NCBI GenBank assembly: GCA_010909165.1
Contig: VJWM01000280.1
Location: 1-64,000, forward strand
Length of the DNA: 64,000 nt
Direction: 5' to 3'
DNA from: Anthoceros angustus
Lineage: Eukaryota; Plantae; Anthocerotophyta
Notes under the pieces: model-generated
The model's database searches: none
Told to the model about the DNA's origin: nothing
What the model saw: the letters and a program-made list of their open reading frames with translations, nothing else
Made by a program: the position numbers and the translations under genes
In this document: positions 35,994-48,640 of the stretch, piece after piece
Position numbering within the stretch: position 1 is the stretch's first letter
How the letters are laid out: each line of letters starts with the position of its first letter

Positions 35994-36948
35994 CTATTTG
36001 ATTGAAGGCAAGTTCACAAAAATCTAAGGCTCAATTCGAGCTCTTCCAAACAAAAATTCCCACTTTGCAAAAACCATGCGGTACTATAACGGATGCATGC
36101 GAAAATCGGTAAGTGCTCTTGAGCGTACTCACGCCACATTACATGCGTCGGCAATGCTCTTGAGCGGTGCCACAGTTCCCTCGAGATCTTCTGGACCATG
36201 TATATAACTCCGCGGTGTGGAGCTTGGATATCGAATTTTGTTTTCCGAGGGCACTCCACGGCTTGAAAGACAGCTCTCGCACTTTCCTTTCGAGCACAGA
36301 ACAAAAGCAGTCTTGCAAAATCCTTGGGCGGATAGCTTTGGGCCGCGCCGCGGATTTCCTCGGGTCTGCGGCTCGTCATGCACGGCCCTCATTTCTAGGA
36401 GGTCCACCAACTTCCCTGGTCAAGGCTATAGCTGCAGTACCCAAAGCCTCGTAGATTTCTTGCATTGACCGAGGAGTCCTTTCTTCTTTACAAGCCACGT
36501 ACATAGCGGCTGACACATACGTCTCTTCACAACTCCCTTTTCTCAAGACCCTCGCCTTCTTGTACAAGGAACTTGCCAATACTGCGTGTTGTGCACAATT
36601 CTCATTCTTCTGCGAGCTCGAAATCCTATCAAAGGCGGATATCAGTGCCGTCATGAGTGGGAACCCGTGCATTCGTGTTCCGCGGTGTGGATGCAACCCA
36701 TTTTCCTTTCTTTGTAGTGCGGATGCAAGTGGTTAGGCCAGCATGGTCGAGCAAGTCATCCGTGTATGCGTGGGGCGTCCCACACGCTCCTTCTCCTCGT
36801 GCTCGGTGTCATTATCGAACTTCCTATATTCCAAGGTTTCGTCGTCGGCGTTCTTCTAACACTAGACCGCACCACTGCAAAATCATCTCGGACACTGCGT
36901 CCTCATAAATCTCATCTTTATCTTGCACTCTAGACATTTCAGCTCCAT
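35994..36948 (-). CDS. TFIIB: TFIIB-like gene copy
   Basis: Same motifs as 30325-31274; ATG at 36948, stop at 35994-35996. Confidence 0.85.
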
Positions 36949-37719
36949 ATTCTCTGTCACGAGATAATTAAAAAGTGGAATGTGTAGCCTTGAAATCGTT
37001 AACCCACGAGGGCTTTGGACAATGAGTGACTAAGCACAATGATTGTTTTTCAAGCGATAAAGGATTCCACGGTGACCTTGAACCTTGACACCTTACGAGG
37101 GCTTGTCCAATGTTTATGAATATATGTAAGTCGCATCCTCATTTATATACCCAAGTTTTCCTTGGCCCTTGGGAATCTTACGTGGAATTTTGCATCCCGA
37201 AACCCCTAATTACCATGGGCCAAGGAACAATCATCCTTGGATTTCGTCATCCCTTTTTTCCCCCTTAAATTCTTACTTCCTTGAGGTTGATTCCGTCCTT
37301 GGACTTTGGCCTCACAAATTTTTCCACAAAGTTCTTCTTTCTCGAGCGCCGGACGCCAAGAGTCCGCCTATGCGCCTCGGAGTCTGCCGTCCTATTGGCG
37401 CACTCCGGCACACCCAGGCCAAGATGCACAGTCCGTCGGCCTACCACGATCGAGCCTCCCACTCCCCAATGCGGCGTTCTCTCGGTTTAGGGTTATCGGG
37501 CCTACCACTCCCGAGTCGTCCTTCGGCCCTCCGTGAGACTTCTCACCGGTGAGTGCACGATGGCGGTGTCGTGCAATCCCGACCACATCGGTGAAGCTTG
37601 AGAAACCGTTTTAATTTTTGAAAGTGTTTCGTAGAAAGGGCCTATGTAAATTAGCCTACTTGTACCAAATATCAAAGGCTATCGCGGTCAAGCTATGTTG
37701 GAGCTTGAAATGACAACTT

Positions 37720-38567
37720 GCATGCGGACGCAAAAATCGGTAAGTGCTCTTGGCGTACTCACGCCACATTACATGCGTCGGCAATGCTCTTGGCGGTACA
37801 GTTCCCTCGAGATCTTCTGGACCATGTATATAACTCCGTGATGTGGGGAGCTTGGATATCAATTTTGTTTTCCGAGGGCACTCACGGCTTGAAAGACAGC
37901 TCCTTTCCTTGCGCATTTCGAGCACAGAACAAAAGCAGTCTTGCAAAATCCTTGGGCGGATAGCTTTGGGCCGCGCCGCGGATTTCCTCGGGTCTTGTGA
38001 CTCGTCATGCACGGCCCTCATTTCTAGGAGGTCCACCAACTTCCCAACAACCTGGTCAAGGCTATAGCTGCAGTACCCAAAGCCTCGTAGATTTCTTGCA
38101 TTGACCGAGTCCTTTCTTCTTTACAAGCCACGTACATAGCGGCAGCCACATCGTCTCTTCACAACTCCCTTTTCTCAAGACCCTCGCCTTCTTGTACAAG
38201 GAACTTGCCAATACTGCGTGTTGTGCACAATTCTCATTCTTTCTGCGAGCTCGAAATCCTATCAAAGGCGGATATCAGTCGTCATGAGTGGGAACCCGTG
38301 CATTCGTGTTCCGGTGTGGATGCAACCCATTTTCCTTTGCTGTAGTGCGGATGCAAGTGGTTAGGCCCGGCATGGTCGAGCAAGTCATCCGTAATGTGGG
38401 GCGTCCCACGCTCCTTCTCCTCGTGCCGGTGTCATTATCGAACTTCCTATATTCCAAGGTTTCGTCGTCGGCGTTCTTCTAACACTAGACCGCACCACCG
38501 TCATCTCCGGACTGCTGTCCTCATAAATCTCTGTCTTTATCTTGCACTCTAGACATTTCGACTCCAT
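37720..38567 (-). pseudogene. TFIIB: TFIIB-like copy lacking its last ~35 codons
   Basis: ATG at 38567 (MESKCLECK). A deletion junction CTTGCATGCG|GACGCAAAAATC at ~37725 removes ~850 bp of the unit, including the stop. Confidence 0.82.
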
Positions 38568-40118
38568 ATTCTCCTCACGAGATAATTAAAAAGTGGAATG
38601 TGTAGCCTTGAAATCGTTAACCCACGAGGGCTTTGGACAATGAGTGACTAAGCACAATGATTGTTTTTCAAGCGATAAAGGATTCCACGGTGACCTTGAA
38701 CCTTGACACCTTACGAGGGCTTGTCCAATGTTTATGAATATATGTAAGTCGCATCCCTCATTTATATACCCAAGTTTTCCTTGGCCCTTGGGAATCTTAC
38801 GTGGAATTTTGCATCCGAAACCCCTAATTACCATGGGCCAAGGAACAATCATCCTTGGATTTCGTCATCCCTTTTTCCCCCTTAAATTCTTACTTCCTTG
38901 AGGTTGATTAGTCCTTGGACTTTGGCCTCACAAATTTTTCCACAAAGTTCTTCTTTCTCGAGCAGGGACGCCAAGAGTCCGCTAGCCTACTTGCGCCCTC
39001 GGGGCCGCCGAGTCTGCCGTCCTATTGGCGCACTCACACATGAGGCCAAGATGCCGAGTCCGTCGGCCTACCCGCATCGAGCCTCCCACTCCCCAATTGG
39101 CGTTCTCTCGACGGTTTAGGGTTATCGGGCCTACCACTCCCGAGTCGCCGTCCTTCGGCCCTCCCGTGAGACTTCTCACCGGTGAGTGCCGCGATGGCGG
39201 TATCGTGCAATCCCGACCACAGCTGGCTGGTGAAGCTTGAGAAACCGTTTTAATTTTTGAAAGTGTTTCGTAGAAAGGGCCTATGTAAATTAGCCTACTT
39301 GTACCAAATATCAAAGGCTATCCTTGATCAAGCTATGTTGGAGCTTGAAATGACAACTTACTTGCATGCGAGAAGGAGCAAGTCAACCAAGAACAACCTT
39401 TAGACTAAACCACATCCTTGTAGAGGCGGTGAAAACCAAGCGTGGGATGAAAACAATCACTACTATTCAAGTTTTGAAAAGGGTGGAGACCCCATTAAAA
39501 GCGTTGAGCGTTTTTAGAGGACTTAACTTTCTACGAAGGAAGCTCTTTTGCCCACCAAAATTTTCAAACCTCCTAGGAGCAAAGATTTGCATAGTACTAA
39601 ATTGCAATCAAGAATGTAGGTCGCTAGAATGAAGGTGAGATAGTCTAAAATCTTATGTGAAACGAGTCATGTCCATGCACACGATGTTTGATTTAACGTA
39701 AGCAAAAATCTTGTCACTAAAGGACGTGGAACGAAGGTCTTTTCCAATCCATGAAGTCCATCGGCGCAAACCTTTAACTTTGCATGGTCGGGAGTGTGCA
39801 TGAGTGTAAGTGTTGGGAATGCGTGTTGTGATGCTGGCCGTGGAATGCGATGCGGATGTATGGATGGCGCGGGTCGGATGCATAGGATTCAAACATTGTG
39901 ATTAATGGAGGAGTCTCCGGTCACGGCAGCTATGTCGACTATGCGACGCGACATACTCCTCACATCATTCTTGGCACCGGGACAAACATTTGACCCCTTG
40001 CTTCAAGCATAACAAAATTTGGCCGTCATAATGCACCTATTGATACATTTAATTTTACGTAGTGAGAAAAAGTCACGACCATCTGCATGCTAGTATGTGA
40101 GCTGAAGCACACGGTGAG

Positions 40119-41059
40119 CTATTTGATTGAAGGCAAGTTCACGCATAATCTAAGGCTCAATTCGAGCTCTTCCAAACAAAAATTCCCACTTTGCAAAAAC
40201 CATGCGGTACTATAACGGATGCATGCGGACGCAAAAATCGGTAAGTGCTCTTGGCGTACTCACCGCCACATTACATGCGTCGGCAATGCTCTTGGCGGTA
40301 CGGTTCCCTCGAGATCTTCTGACCATGTATATAACTCCGGTGACCGTGGGGAGCTTGATATCGAATTTTTGTTTTCCGAGGGCACTCAAACGAAGGCTCT
40401 CGCACTTTCCTTGCGCATTTCGAGCACTGGAACAAAGCAGTCTTGCAAAATCCTTGGGCGGATAGCTTTGGGCCGCAGCGGATTTCCTCGGGTCTTGTGA
40501 CTCGTCATGCTGGCCCTCATTTCTAGGAGGTCCACCAACTTCCCAACAACCCCGGTCAAGGCTATAGCTGCAGTACCCAAAGCCTCGTAGATTTCTTGCA
40601 TTGACCGAGGAGTCCTTTCTTCTTTACAAGCCACGTACATAGCGGCCACATACGTCTCTTCACAACTCCCTTTTCTCAAGACCCTCGCCTTCTTGTACAA
40701 GGAACTTGCCAATACTGCGTGTTGTGCACAATTCTCATTCTTCTGCGAGCTCGAAATCCTATCAAAGCGGATATCAGTCGTCATGAGTGGGAACCCGTGC
40801 ATTCGTGTTCGGTGTGGATGCAACCCATTTTTCCTTCTTTGTAGTGCGGATGCAAGTGGTTAGGCCAGCATGGTCGAGCAAGTCATCCGTGTCGTGGGGC
40901 GTCCCACGCTCCTTCTCCTCGTGCTCGGTGTCATTATCGAACTTCCTATATTCCAAGGTTTCGTCGATCGGCGTTCTTCTAACACTAGACCGCACCGTCA
41001 TCTCATTTCTGTCCTCATAAATCTGTCTTTATCTTGCACTCTAGACATTTCAGCTCCAT
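40119..41059 (-). CDS. TFIIB: TFIIB-like gene copy
   Basis: ATG at 41059, stop at 40119-40121; ORF 40386-40823 gives the cyclin repeat 1 region. Confidence 0.85.
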
Positions 41060-42760
41060 ATTCTCGTGTCACGAGATAATTAAAAAGTGGAATGTGTAGC
41101 CTTGAAATCGTTAACCCACGAGGGCTTTGGACAATGAGTGACTAAGCACAATGATTGTTTTTCAAGAAAGGATTCCAGTGACCTTGAACCTTGACACCTT
41201 ACGAGGGGCTTGTCCAATGTTTATGAATATATGTAAGTCGCATCCCTCATTTATATACCCAAGTTTTCCTTGGCCCTTGGGAATCTTACGTGGAATTTTG
41301 CATCCGAAACCCCTAATTACCATGGGCCAAGGAACAATCATCCTTGGATTCGTCATCCCTTTTTTCCCCTTAAATTCGCCCCACTTCCTTGAGGTTGATT
41401 CCGTCCTTGGACTTTGGCCTCACAAATTTTTCCACAAAGTTCTTCTTTCTCGAGCAGGGGCCTTGAGTCCGCTAGCCTACTTGCGCCTCGGGACGCCGGA
41501 GTCTGCCGTCCTATTGGCGCACTCGGCACACCCATGAGCCAAGATGCACGGAGTCCGTCGGCCTACCCGCATCGAGCCTCCCACTCCCCAATCGGCGTTC
41601 TCTCGGCCCACGGTTTAGGGTTATCGGGCCTACCACTCCGAGTCGCCGTCCTTCTCCCGTGAGACTTCTCACGGTGAGTGCGATGGTTGTCGTGCAATCC
41701 CGACCATGTGGTGAAGCTTGAGAAACCGTTTTAATTTTTGAAAGTGTTTCGTAGAAAGGGCCTATGTAAATTAGCCTACTTGTACCAAATATCAAAGGCT
41801 ATCGCGGTCAAGCTATGTTGGAGCTTGAAATGACAACTTGCATGCAGAGAAGGAAAAGCAAGTCAACCAAGAACAACCTTTAGACTAAACCACATCCTTG
41901 TAGGCGGTGAAAACCAAGCGTGGGATGAAAACAATCACTACTATTCGAAGTTTTGAAAAGGGTGGAGACCCCATTAAAAGCGTTGAGCGTTTTTAGAGGA
42001 CTTAACTTTCTCGAAGGAGAAGCTCTTTTGCCCACCAAAATTTTCAAACCTCCTAGGAGCAAAGATTTGCATAGTACTAAATTGCAATCAAGAATGTAGG
42101 TCGCTAGAATGAAGGTGGCGAGATAGTCTAAAATCTTATGTGAAGCAGTCATGTCCATGCACACGATGTTTGATTTAACGTAAGCAAAAATCTTGTCACT
42201 AAAGGGTGGACGAAGGTCTTTCAATCCATGAAGTCCATCGGCAAACCTTTAACTTTGCATGGTCGGGAGTGTGCATGAGTGTAAGTGTTGGGAATGCGTG
42301 TTGGCGATGTGACCGTGGAATGCGATGCGGATGTATGGATGGGCGCGGGTCGGATGCATAGGATTCAAACATTGACGATTAATGGAGGAGTCTCGGTCAC
42401 GGCTATGTCGACTATGTGCGACGACATACTCCTCACATCATTCTTGGCACGGGGACAAACATTTGACCCCTTGCTTGACAAGCATAACAAATTTGGCGTC
42501 ATAATGCACACGATCTATTGATACATTGAATTTTACGTAGTGAGAAAAAGTCATGACCATCTTTGCATGCTAGTATGTGAGCCTGAAGCACATTGAGCTA
42601 TTTGATTGAAGGCAAGTTCACGGTAGCATAATCTAAGGCTCAATTCACTACTACATTTGAGGATCCAAAACAACGCTCAAAATAGCAGTTGGAAAAGTCG
42701 TTGTTTCTTAGGTTGAACCATACCTCGTTTGGTGTGGATTTAGTGCGGCTTAGTGCAGGT

Positions 42761-42845
42761 AATTCTTAACGGGTAATTTGAATTCTTAATGAGTAATTTT
42801 ACTTCTTAACAAATAATTTTAATTCTCAATGATTAATTTTATATT
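42761..42845. repeat. AT-rich 20-bp tandem repeat x4
   Basis: TAATTCTTAACGGGTAATTT / GAATTCTTAATGAGTAATTT / TACTTCTTAACAAATAATTT / TAATTCTCAATGATTAATTT. Confidence 0.75.
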
Positions 42846-42949
42846 TAATAAATATAGTATATAATTAATCTGATATTTAGTAAACAGTGGAGTACACTTA
42901 ACGCGGCTTCATTCGGACCAGGTCCCGTCCGATATAACTTGTCGAACTT

Positions 42950-43390
42950 AGCCGTCCAATCCAACGGGCCCCGTCCCACCTAATGTGCACATCCCATCTC
43001 GTTAAGAGCTGAGAAGCCCATCCGTCCCATTCGATCCTAAGGAGCCTTTCCGTCCCAATGGCTCCGTCCGATCCTAACGGTTCCGTTCAGCCCTAGCGGC
43101 TCCGTCAAGTTCGGTCCTAAGGGCTGTCCTGTCCCCAGCTCCGTCCGATCCTAACGTTCCGTTCAGCCCTAGCGGCTCCGTCAAGTTCGGTCCTAAGGGC
43201 TCCTCAACATCCGTCCGATCCTAGCAGTTCATTCTGACGGCTCCGTCCGATCCTAACGGTTCCATTAGCCCTAGCGGGAACAGCTCGTCCGATCCTAACG
43301 GTTCCGTTCAGCCCTAGCGGCTCATCCGATCCTAACGGGCAGCCCTAGCGGGACTCCGTGTCGCATCCGTCCGGACCTGACGGGTCTCGC
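42950..43390. repeat. Left subterminal repeat cluster of the CACTA element
   Basis: Repeated CCGTCCGATCCTAACGG and GCCCTAGCGG motifs. Confidence 0.85.
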
Positions 43391-43739
43391 ATATCCGAGT
43401 GTGGTGAGGACCCTCAAAGGGTGGAGGGAAGATTGGGTTTGAACCGGGTCTCCCCGATCCGAAACTCAAAGACAAACCACTAGAACAATGCATCATGCTT
43501 TACTGCGTTGTTTCTACATATACATCAGTTTGAAAACAACAAATTAAGTGTCATCTTCGTTCGCATGCCGATCGACACACATCTACCTCCCGCTAAACCT
43601 GCCAGGCCTATAGGCAACTCAAGGAAAAGGGACAATTGCATCGTCTGGACTCTACACTATGATGGCTCGGCTTTCTACAGGTGTTGTGTTGCTGCCCTAA
43701 CAACCACATGTTCCAGTCCTCTACATTGTGTACTCTACT

Positions 43740-46390
43740 CTTATTTGCTTAGGGATTACGGTATACGGATGGGCATTCCACAACTAGACTCCAACCTTCT
43801 GCGTTGAGAATGGCGAATCATGGAAAAACACTGCGTGACATGTTCGGGGAATGCAAAGGGCCTGACCCATCTTCTTCCACGGTTGTAGAGCAACTTGCGG
43901 TTTACTAAAGAGAATCCACTCAAGTCTCTTTGAGGGATGGAGTCCTCCCACCGCTTACACTCATACCAGTTCACCCTAAATATGAAATGATCCTCCTCCC
44001 ACATTTCATCTTGATGATTTGTTGGATGTTACCATAAAATGGCCGTGCTTGCTCATCATCTCCGACAATCCAAACCCCGTAACACCACTATCACATGTGA
44101 CTTTTCTATGCTTGTTCGCCTCTGCGATAGTGGTAGCCATAAGCCTTGAGTCCACGATACTCCTCGGTTTTGAGGGCTGCTATATCCCTGTTGGGGTGTC
44201 ATGTCGCCATCGGCCTTCATCGATGGTGGCGTAACCATTGTCTAAAATCCTTTTCACGAGTTAAACCATTTTCCACCTCGTCTACATGGATAGCCAAGTA
44301 TGGAGCCATGGCTTTCATATTCATCGGCATGTACTTGTGCATGCGCCTATGTTCATCTTCCCAAGATTATAGGCTTCCCTTTCCCAATAGGAACTTGAAC
44401 ATGATGTGCATCTTCATCGCAATTGACCGCAAGTGATTAGCTCTAGGGTACATTTCCCTCAAAAGGACTTGGCATATAACATGGCCTCCATAGCTAGGTA
44501 TCCAGGCAATGCTGCCCTGTCCCTTTTGTCGACAAAGATCTTTAAGCACTTTCAAATAACGCTCTATAGGGAACATCCAACGTGCATGGGTGTGTTTCCA
44601 CCTCTCCAACAAGATGCACAATCATGTGCATTTGTATATCAAACAACTGGTTGGAAAAAGTCGTTCCATTTCCACCATGACTTCTCTGACCTCTAATTTC
44701 ATGTGCACTTCACATACAAGAACCTCTTTCGGGTCAACCACACTGAATAAAAGCTCAACCGGGCAACAACCGAGAACACCTCCTCATCGATGAAGCCACG
44801 TGGGGCTATAGGTAGAAATAAAGCATAAGGACATACCAATCATGGGACTTGAATCACAAGCTTCTTGACCAACTTCGCACATATTCGAGCGAGAATCCGG
44901 TCGAGGTCGAATATCCAAGCGTACGCCAGAGTTCAAGATTCTCCTTTGTGAGAACCCATGCGACTTGGAAGCAAATAGTGGTCTGGTCTCCGGTGTTGGT
45001 TGTGGCCACATGCTCCTTTGTTTCCTTCTGAGATCCTCTCTTGTTGCCAAGTCGTCTCTTTGCCCAACCAAAGTATACCATAAGTCTTACGCCACATTCT
45101 TGATGATATGCATCCGTCCTTCCCACCAAATGGGTTCTCCAAGTGCTCCGGTAAGGTAAGATGTCATACCCAACAAAACTACGTTTACCCCCATTTTCGA
45201 TCCGTAGTTCAATCCCCGCTTCCAATTCGCTAGCTTCTTGTATGATGTCTTGGTGAGTTGCCTCTCCTCCCACTTCACCCAACTCGCTGACCATGAAACT
45301 CTACATCATGCACCTATGCGGATGTGGCAATGGTAGCAACTTCCTGCCAAGATAGATACTCTTTTACAGCTGACTGCGATGATCAATGCGAGACCAACAA
45401 GTTGGACAAGCTCTATATCCTGCACACGTAGTCCGAGAAGAAACTCCAGCCCCATAAAATCATGATAGTGTTCACAATTGCGACGCAGCCTTGAAATTAC
45501 GGCTTGGGTCGGATACATCCCGGATGCATCCACAACAAATACTCTGTCCAAAGTTCTCAAGCTCTTCATACATAGGCTCCGAAGATATCCGCATTTGCAA
45601 CTTTGTGAGGCCACGTATCAACACGCATCATGATATATTGTTTTTGAATGCAATCCAAGGAGGAAAATTTTGGTTGATGAGCAAAAGCAAGTTGATCGAG
45701 TAGAGGTCCGCATTCCAAAGCGGCGGATCTGTGCATTGCAAGTGTGAAGTGAATATTTCTTGGATCATCACCAAAACCATCCGAGCATCAACGATGGCCA
45801 TGCGGTGAGTCGGCAAATATGGCCATTCTCCTGTTGTACTCTGTTGGTAACATGTGAAGACATCTCAAGCAAGATCAAGACACACCTAATAATCGTTGCA
45901 ACCTAGGGATCACCGGAAGTACCACATACGCTTACGTGCCACGCGTGTCGTGCACCACAGTTCCTTTCTCATATCGGTACTCACCACACTTCCAAGTTTT
46001 ACGCTTCCGTCCATAGGTCCTCTAAAAGCGACAGTCTCCAATACATCAATTTTCTCATAGTCTTGGCCAACATGTAGCAGCTTCCTGCATCCCTCGCGTT
46101 TTGGCATATTATTGGGCTTGGAAGGGCTCTAGTTGCCAAGAATCCAAATAAAGCATTCATAAAGGCGTCGATACCTTGAATTGCATTTGCATATACAACA
46201 AGTGCAACGTTGTAGTCAAACGATTCTCTTGAACCCTCACACAACTTAGTCTCTGCTACTCTTATTTTGTTGCGCCAAGGATCCTCATCATCCTCACCAA
46301 CATTCATGGACTCTAGATAGGCTTCGTGGCGGTGCTATCTCGCTAGTTCTTGAAATGATCCTCGCCATCCTCCGACATCGCCGTCATCCG
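43740..46390 (-). pseudogene. TNP2: CACTA transposase (TnpD/TNP2-type; frameshifted)
   Basis: KLCEGSRES, DHYLLPSRMGSHKG, KSHDWYV, QMHMIVHLV, HARWMFPIERYLKVLKDLCRQKG (DUF4218-like), downstream DUF4216-like region. Confidence 0.88.
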
Positions 46391-47533
46391 ATGTGAGAGG
46401 AGAAGTGAGGAACTCGTCTTCGATGTATTGTCACTTTCATCGGTGGAGTCCCCTTCATACCACGGTGCATCGTCAAGCGGTGGTGAAAGCCACCTTCTAC
46501 ACTGCGATCACTCTTCCCTCACCTTCTACACCAGCAATTACTCTTCCCCACCTTCTACACTGGACACAATTCCTCTTCCCTCACCATCACTTCCTGTTCC
46601 CTCACCATCACTTCACGTTCCCTTAAAAGCGCATGCAATGTCGGGCGGAATGATCACCTCTCGCCCACCCTTGGTTTTGAGATGGGGCAAGGGCAAGGCA
46701 TCGGATATCTCGATTACGAACAGCAGCGAACTCGGGCTCATTCTATCGCAGCTCCATGGCTGGTGCTTCACGTGAACATTCCTTGTCCAAGTAATGTCGT
46801 CATTGGGCATGGTCCTTGCCATTGCGCTCACCACCCTTGATAATGTGCACTACCGAAGTCGGCACTGCAGCGGCTCGAGCCCGAAACCTCTGCTATGCTA
46901 TCCGAAATGTCCGCTTCATGCTATATCAGGTCGGTGACAAGTGCCCATCTTTGGTATACTAGCGATGATTGCAAGGTAGCGGTTGATTGTAGGAAGCACT
47001 TGCTGGGCACTTGTTGGATCGCAACAATGTGAGATAGTGGTCGTGTCTATAGTGATCCTTCACGAAATCGCTAGCACCGCAAGCTTATGGATCTCCACTT
47101 TGTTCCCTCGGAGAGAATCCTCCAACTTCCTCTGCGATGGCGCTCCTTCTTGATGTTCAAAACCGGGATCTTAGCCATTTTTGCTCCTCGGAGGCCAAGA
47201 CCTCAGCCATTTTGTGATTGATGATAACAAAGGCAATGCAACTGCCAAGTCGCGTTGCCTTTGTCCCACGCGTCCCACGTCTCATCTGACGTCGTTGTCA
47301 AGTGAAAATCGTCATCATCATTTCGCATTGCTCTTCAATTTTCATGATTCCCGCACCAATTTGATCTGCATGCTTCGTCACTGCATGTTTTGTCACTCAC
47401 TCGCTTGCTTGCTCGCTCTCCAAAGGGCGATGGCGCGCCAACAAATTTGGCAATAGACGATGGTTGGTGGCTTGTGGATGATGTCGAATGTCAAGTAGCG
47501 AGCCAAGCTCTAGCAGCGACATGAGGAAGGCTG

Positions 47534-48004
47534 TTGGAGGAGCTCCATGTGTACGAACAAGATTTGGAGCAGCAGAAAAAGGACGATATGGAGGAGAGGT
47601 GGAAAGCTGGTTTCAAAGAAGCTGGAGGCAAGTTTCAGCAACAGAGTATTTGTCGACCGGGCCAGTCATCTGTCGAGGTGCAAAACACATTAGCGGCAAT
47701 CCATCCTAACACGATCTTAGACTATGTGGTTGATCGTATGGGGCGGGCAGCTGTCCTTTCTGCAATGAGGGGATCGAGGAGGAATCCAGAACAAACCATC
47801 GAAGTGGAGGAGATGGAAGAATTAGAAAACAATGATCCCGATATTGCCTTTGGTGGCGATTCGAAACTTGGAAAAAGCATGTGCTCGGATCACGAAGATT
47901 GGCGGCGGATGTCCACGGGCATGGAGTGCTCACGATCTGAGAGAAGATGCGAGTTAATACATATCATTACCTCGAATTTCCCACCATCACTAACACGTCT
48001 TTGA
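47534..48004 (+). CDS. Possible second CACTA gene exon (acidic/charged, divergent from the transposase)
   Basis: 156-codon open frame EELHVYEQDLEQQKKDDMEERWKAGFKE...; no family recognised. Confidence 0.3.
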   Translation: MEELHVYEQDLEQQKKDDMEERWKAGFKEAGGKFQQQSICRPGQSSVEVQNTLAAIHPNTILDYVVDRMGRAAVLSAMRGSRRNPEQTIEVEEMEELENNDPDIAFGGDSKLGKSMCSDHEDWRRMSTGMECSRSERRCELIHIITSNFPPSLTRL

Positions 48005-48394
48005 TCGTGCAAAGGTTCTCTCAATGTGTGCAGCAAACGGGGCCTTAAACAAGGCTTCGAGCTATAGCGATTGTAACCGGGAGGCGTTCAAAGGATAAGA
48101 AAGCTAAGATGCCTTCTTGGGCGAGCCAGTCTTTGACAAAAGTGTAGAGGCGGTGCGATTCTAAAGAGGAAAAATGCCGGGAAGCGGTTGCGGTGAAACA
48201 ACAAAAGCAGACTTCCTCTCGGAGTAAAGGCAATCCCTTGGGCGGGGTGGCGAGAGACGCTTGCGAGCTTCCTTCAAGAAGAAATGGGAAGGAATCCTAC
48301 AGGCGGGTGGCCTATGCAACAAAAGCAGGGTGAATAATATGGAAGACTTCTTAGCTGCTGCTAGCAATCCTAATGATATCGTACAAAATGGAGA

Positions 48395-48640
48395 AAGCAG
48401 TGGAAGCGAGGTGGAATCAGGCTGGAATCGGAAGATGTGGGCGGAGGTGTGAATCTGGAAGTGTGGAATCGGAAGATGTGGGCGGAGGCTGAATCTGGAA
48501 CTTGTGGGCGGAGAAGGCTGTGAATCTGGAAGCTGTGGAATCAGAAGATGTGGAACTGGAGGCCGTGAATTTGGAAGCTGCGGAAGTGGAAGCTATAGAA
48601 TCGGAAGCCATGGAATCGGAAGCGAAGCAGTTAAAAAATG
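48395..48640 (+). repeat. Degenerate GGAATC(GG)AAG-type minisatellite, potentially encoding an acidic repeat
   Basis: Recurrent GTGGAATCGGAAGATGTGGGCGGAGG and TGAATCTGGAA; frame reads LEAVESEDVELEAVNLEAAEVEAIESEAMESEAK. Confidence 0.7.

Larger units (their letters stand above)
28904..42645 (-). repeat. Tandem array (macrosatellite) of ~2.45-2.5 kb TFIIB-gene units, left block
   Basis: Unit marker GATTCCAC(G)GTGACCTTGAACC recurs at ~28904, 31388, 33602, 37063, 38681 and 41171; an intact period is ~2,480-2,490 bp. Confidence 0.95.

Noticed and set aside
42950-43390. Short repeats with variable spacers resembling a CRISPR array
   Set aside because: Spacers are themselves repetitive and irregular, the context is eukaryotic with no cas genes, and the position is that of CACTA subterminal repeats.
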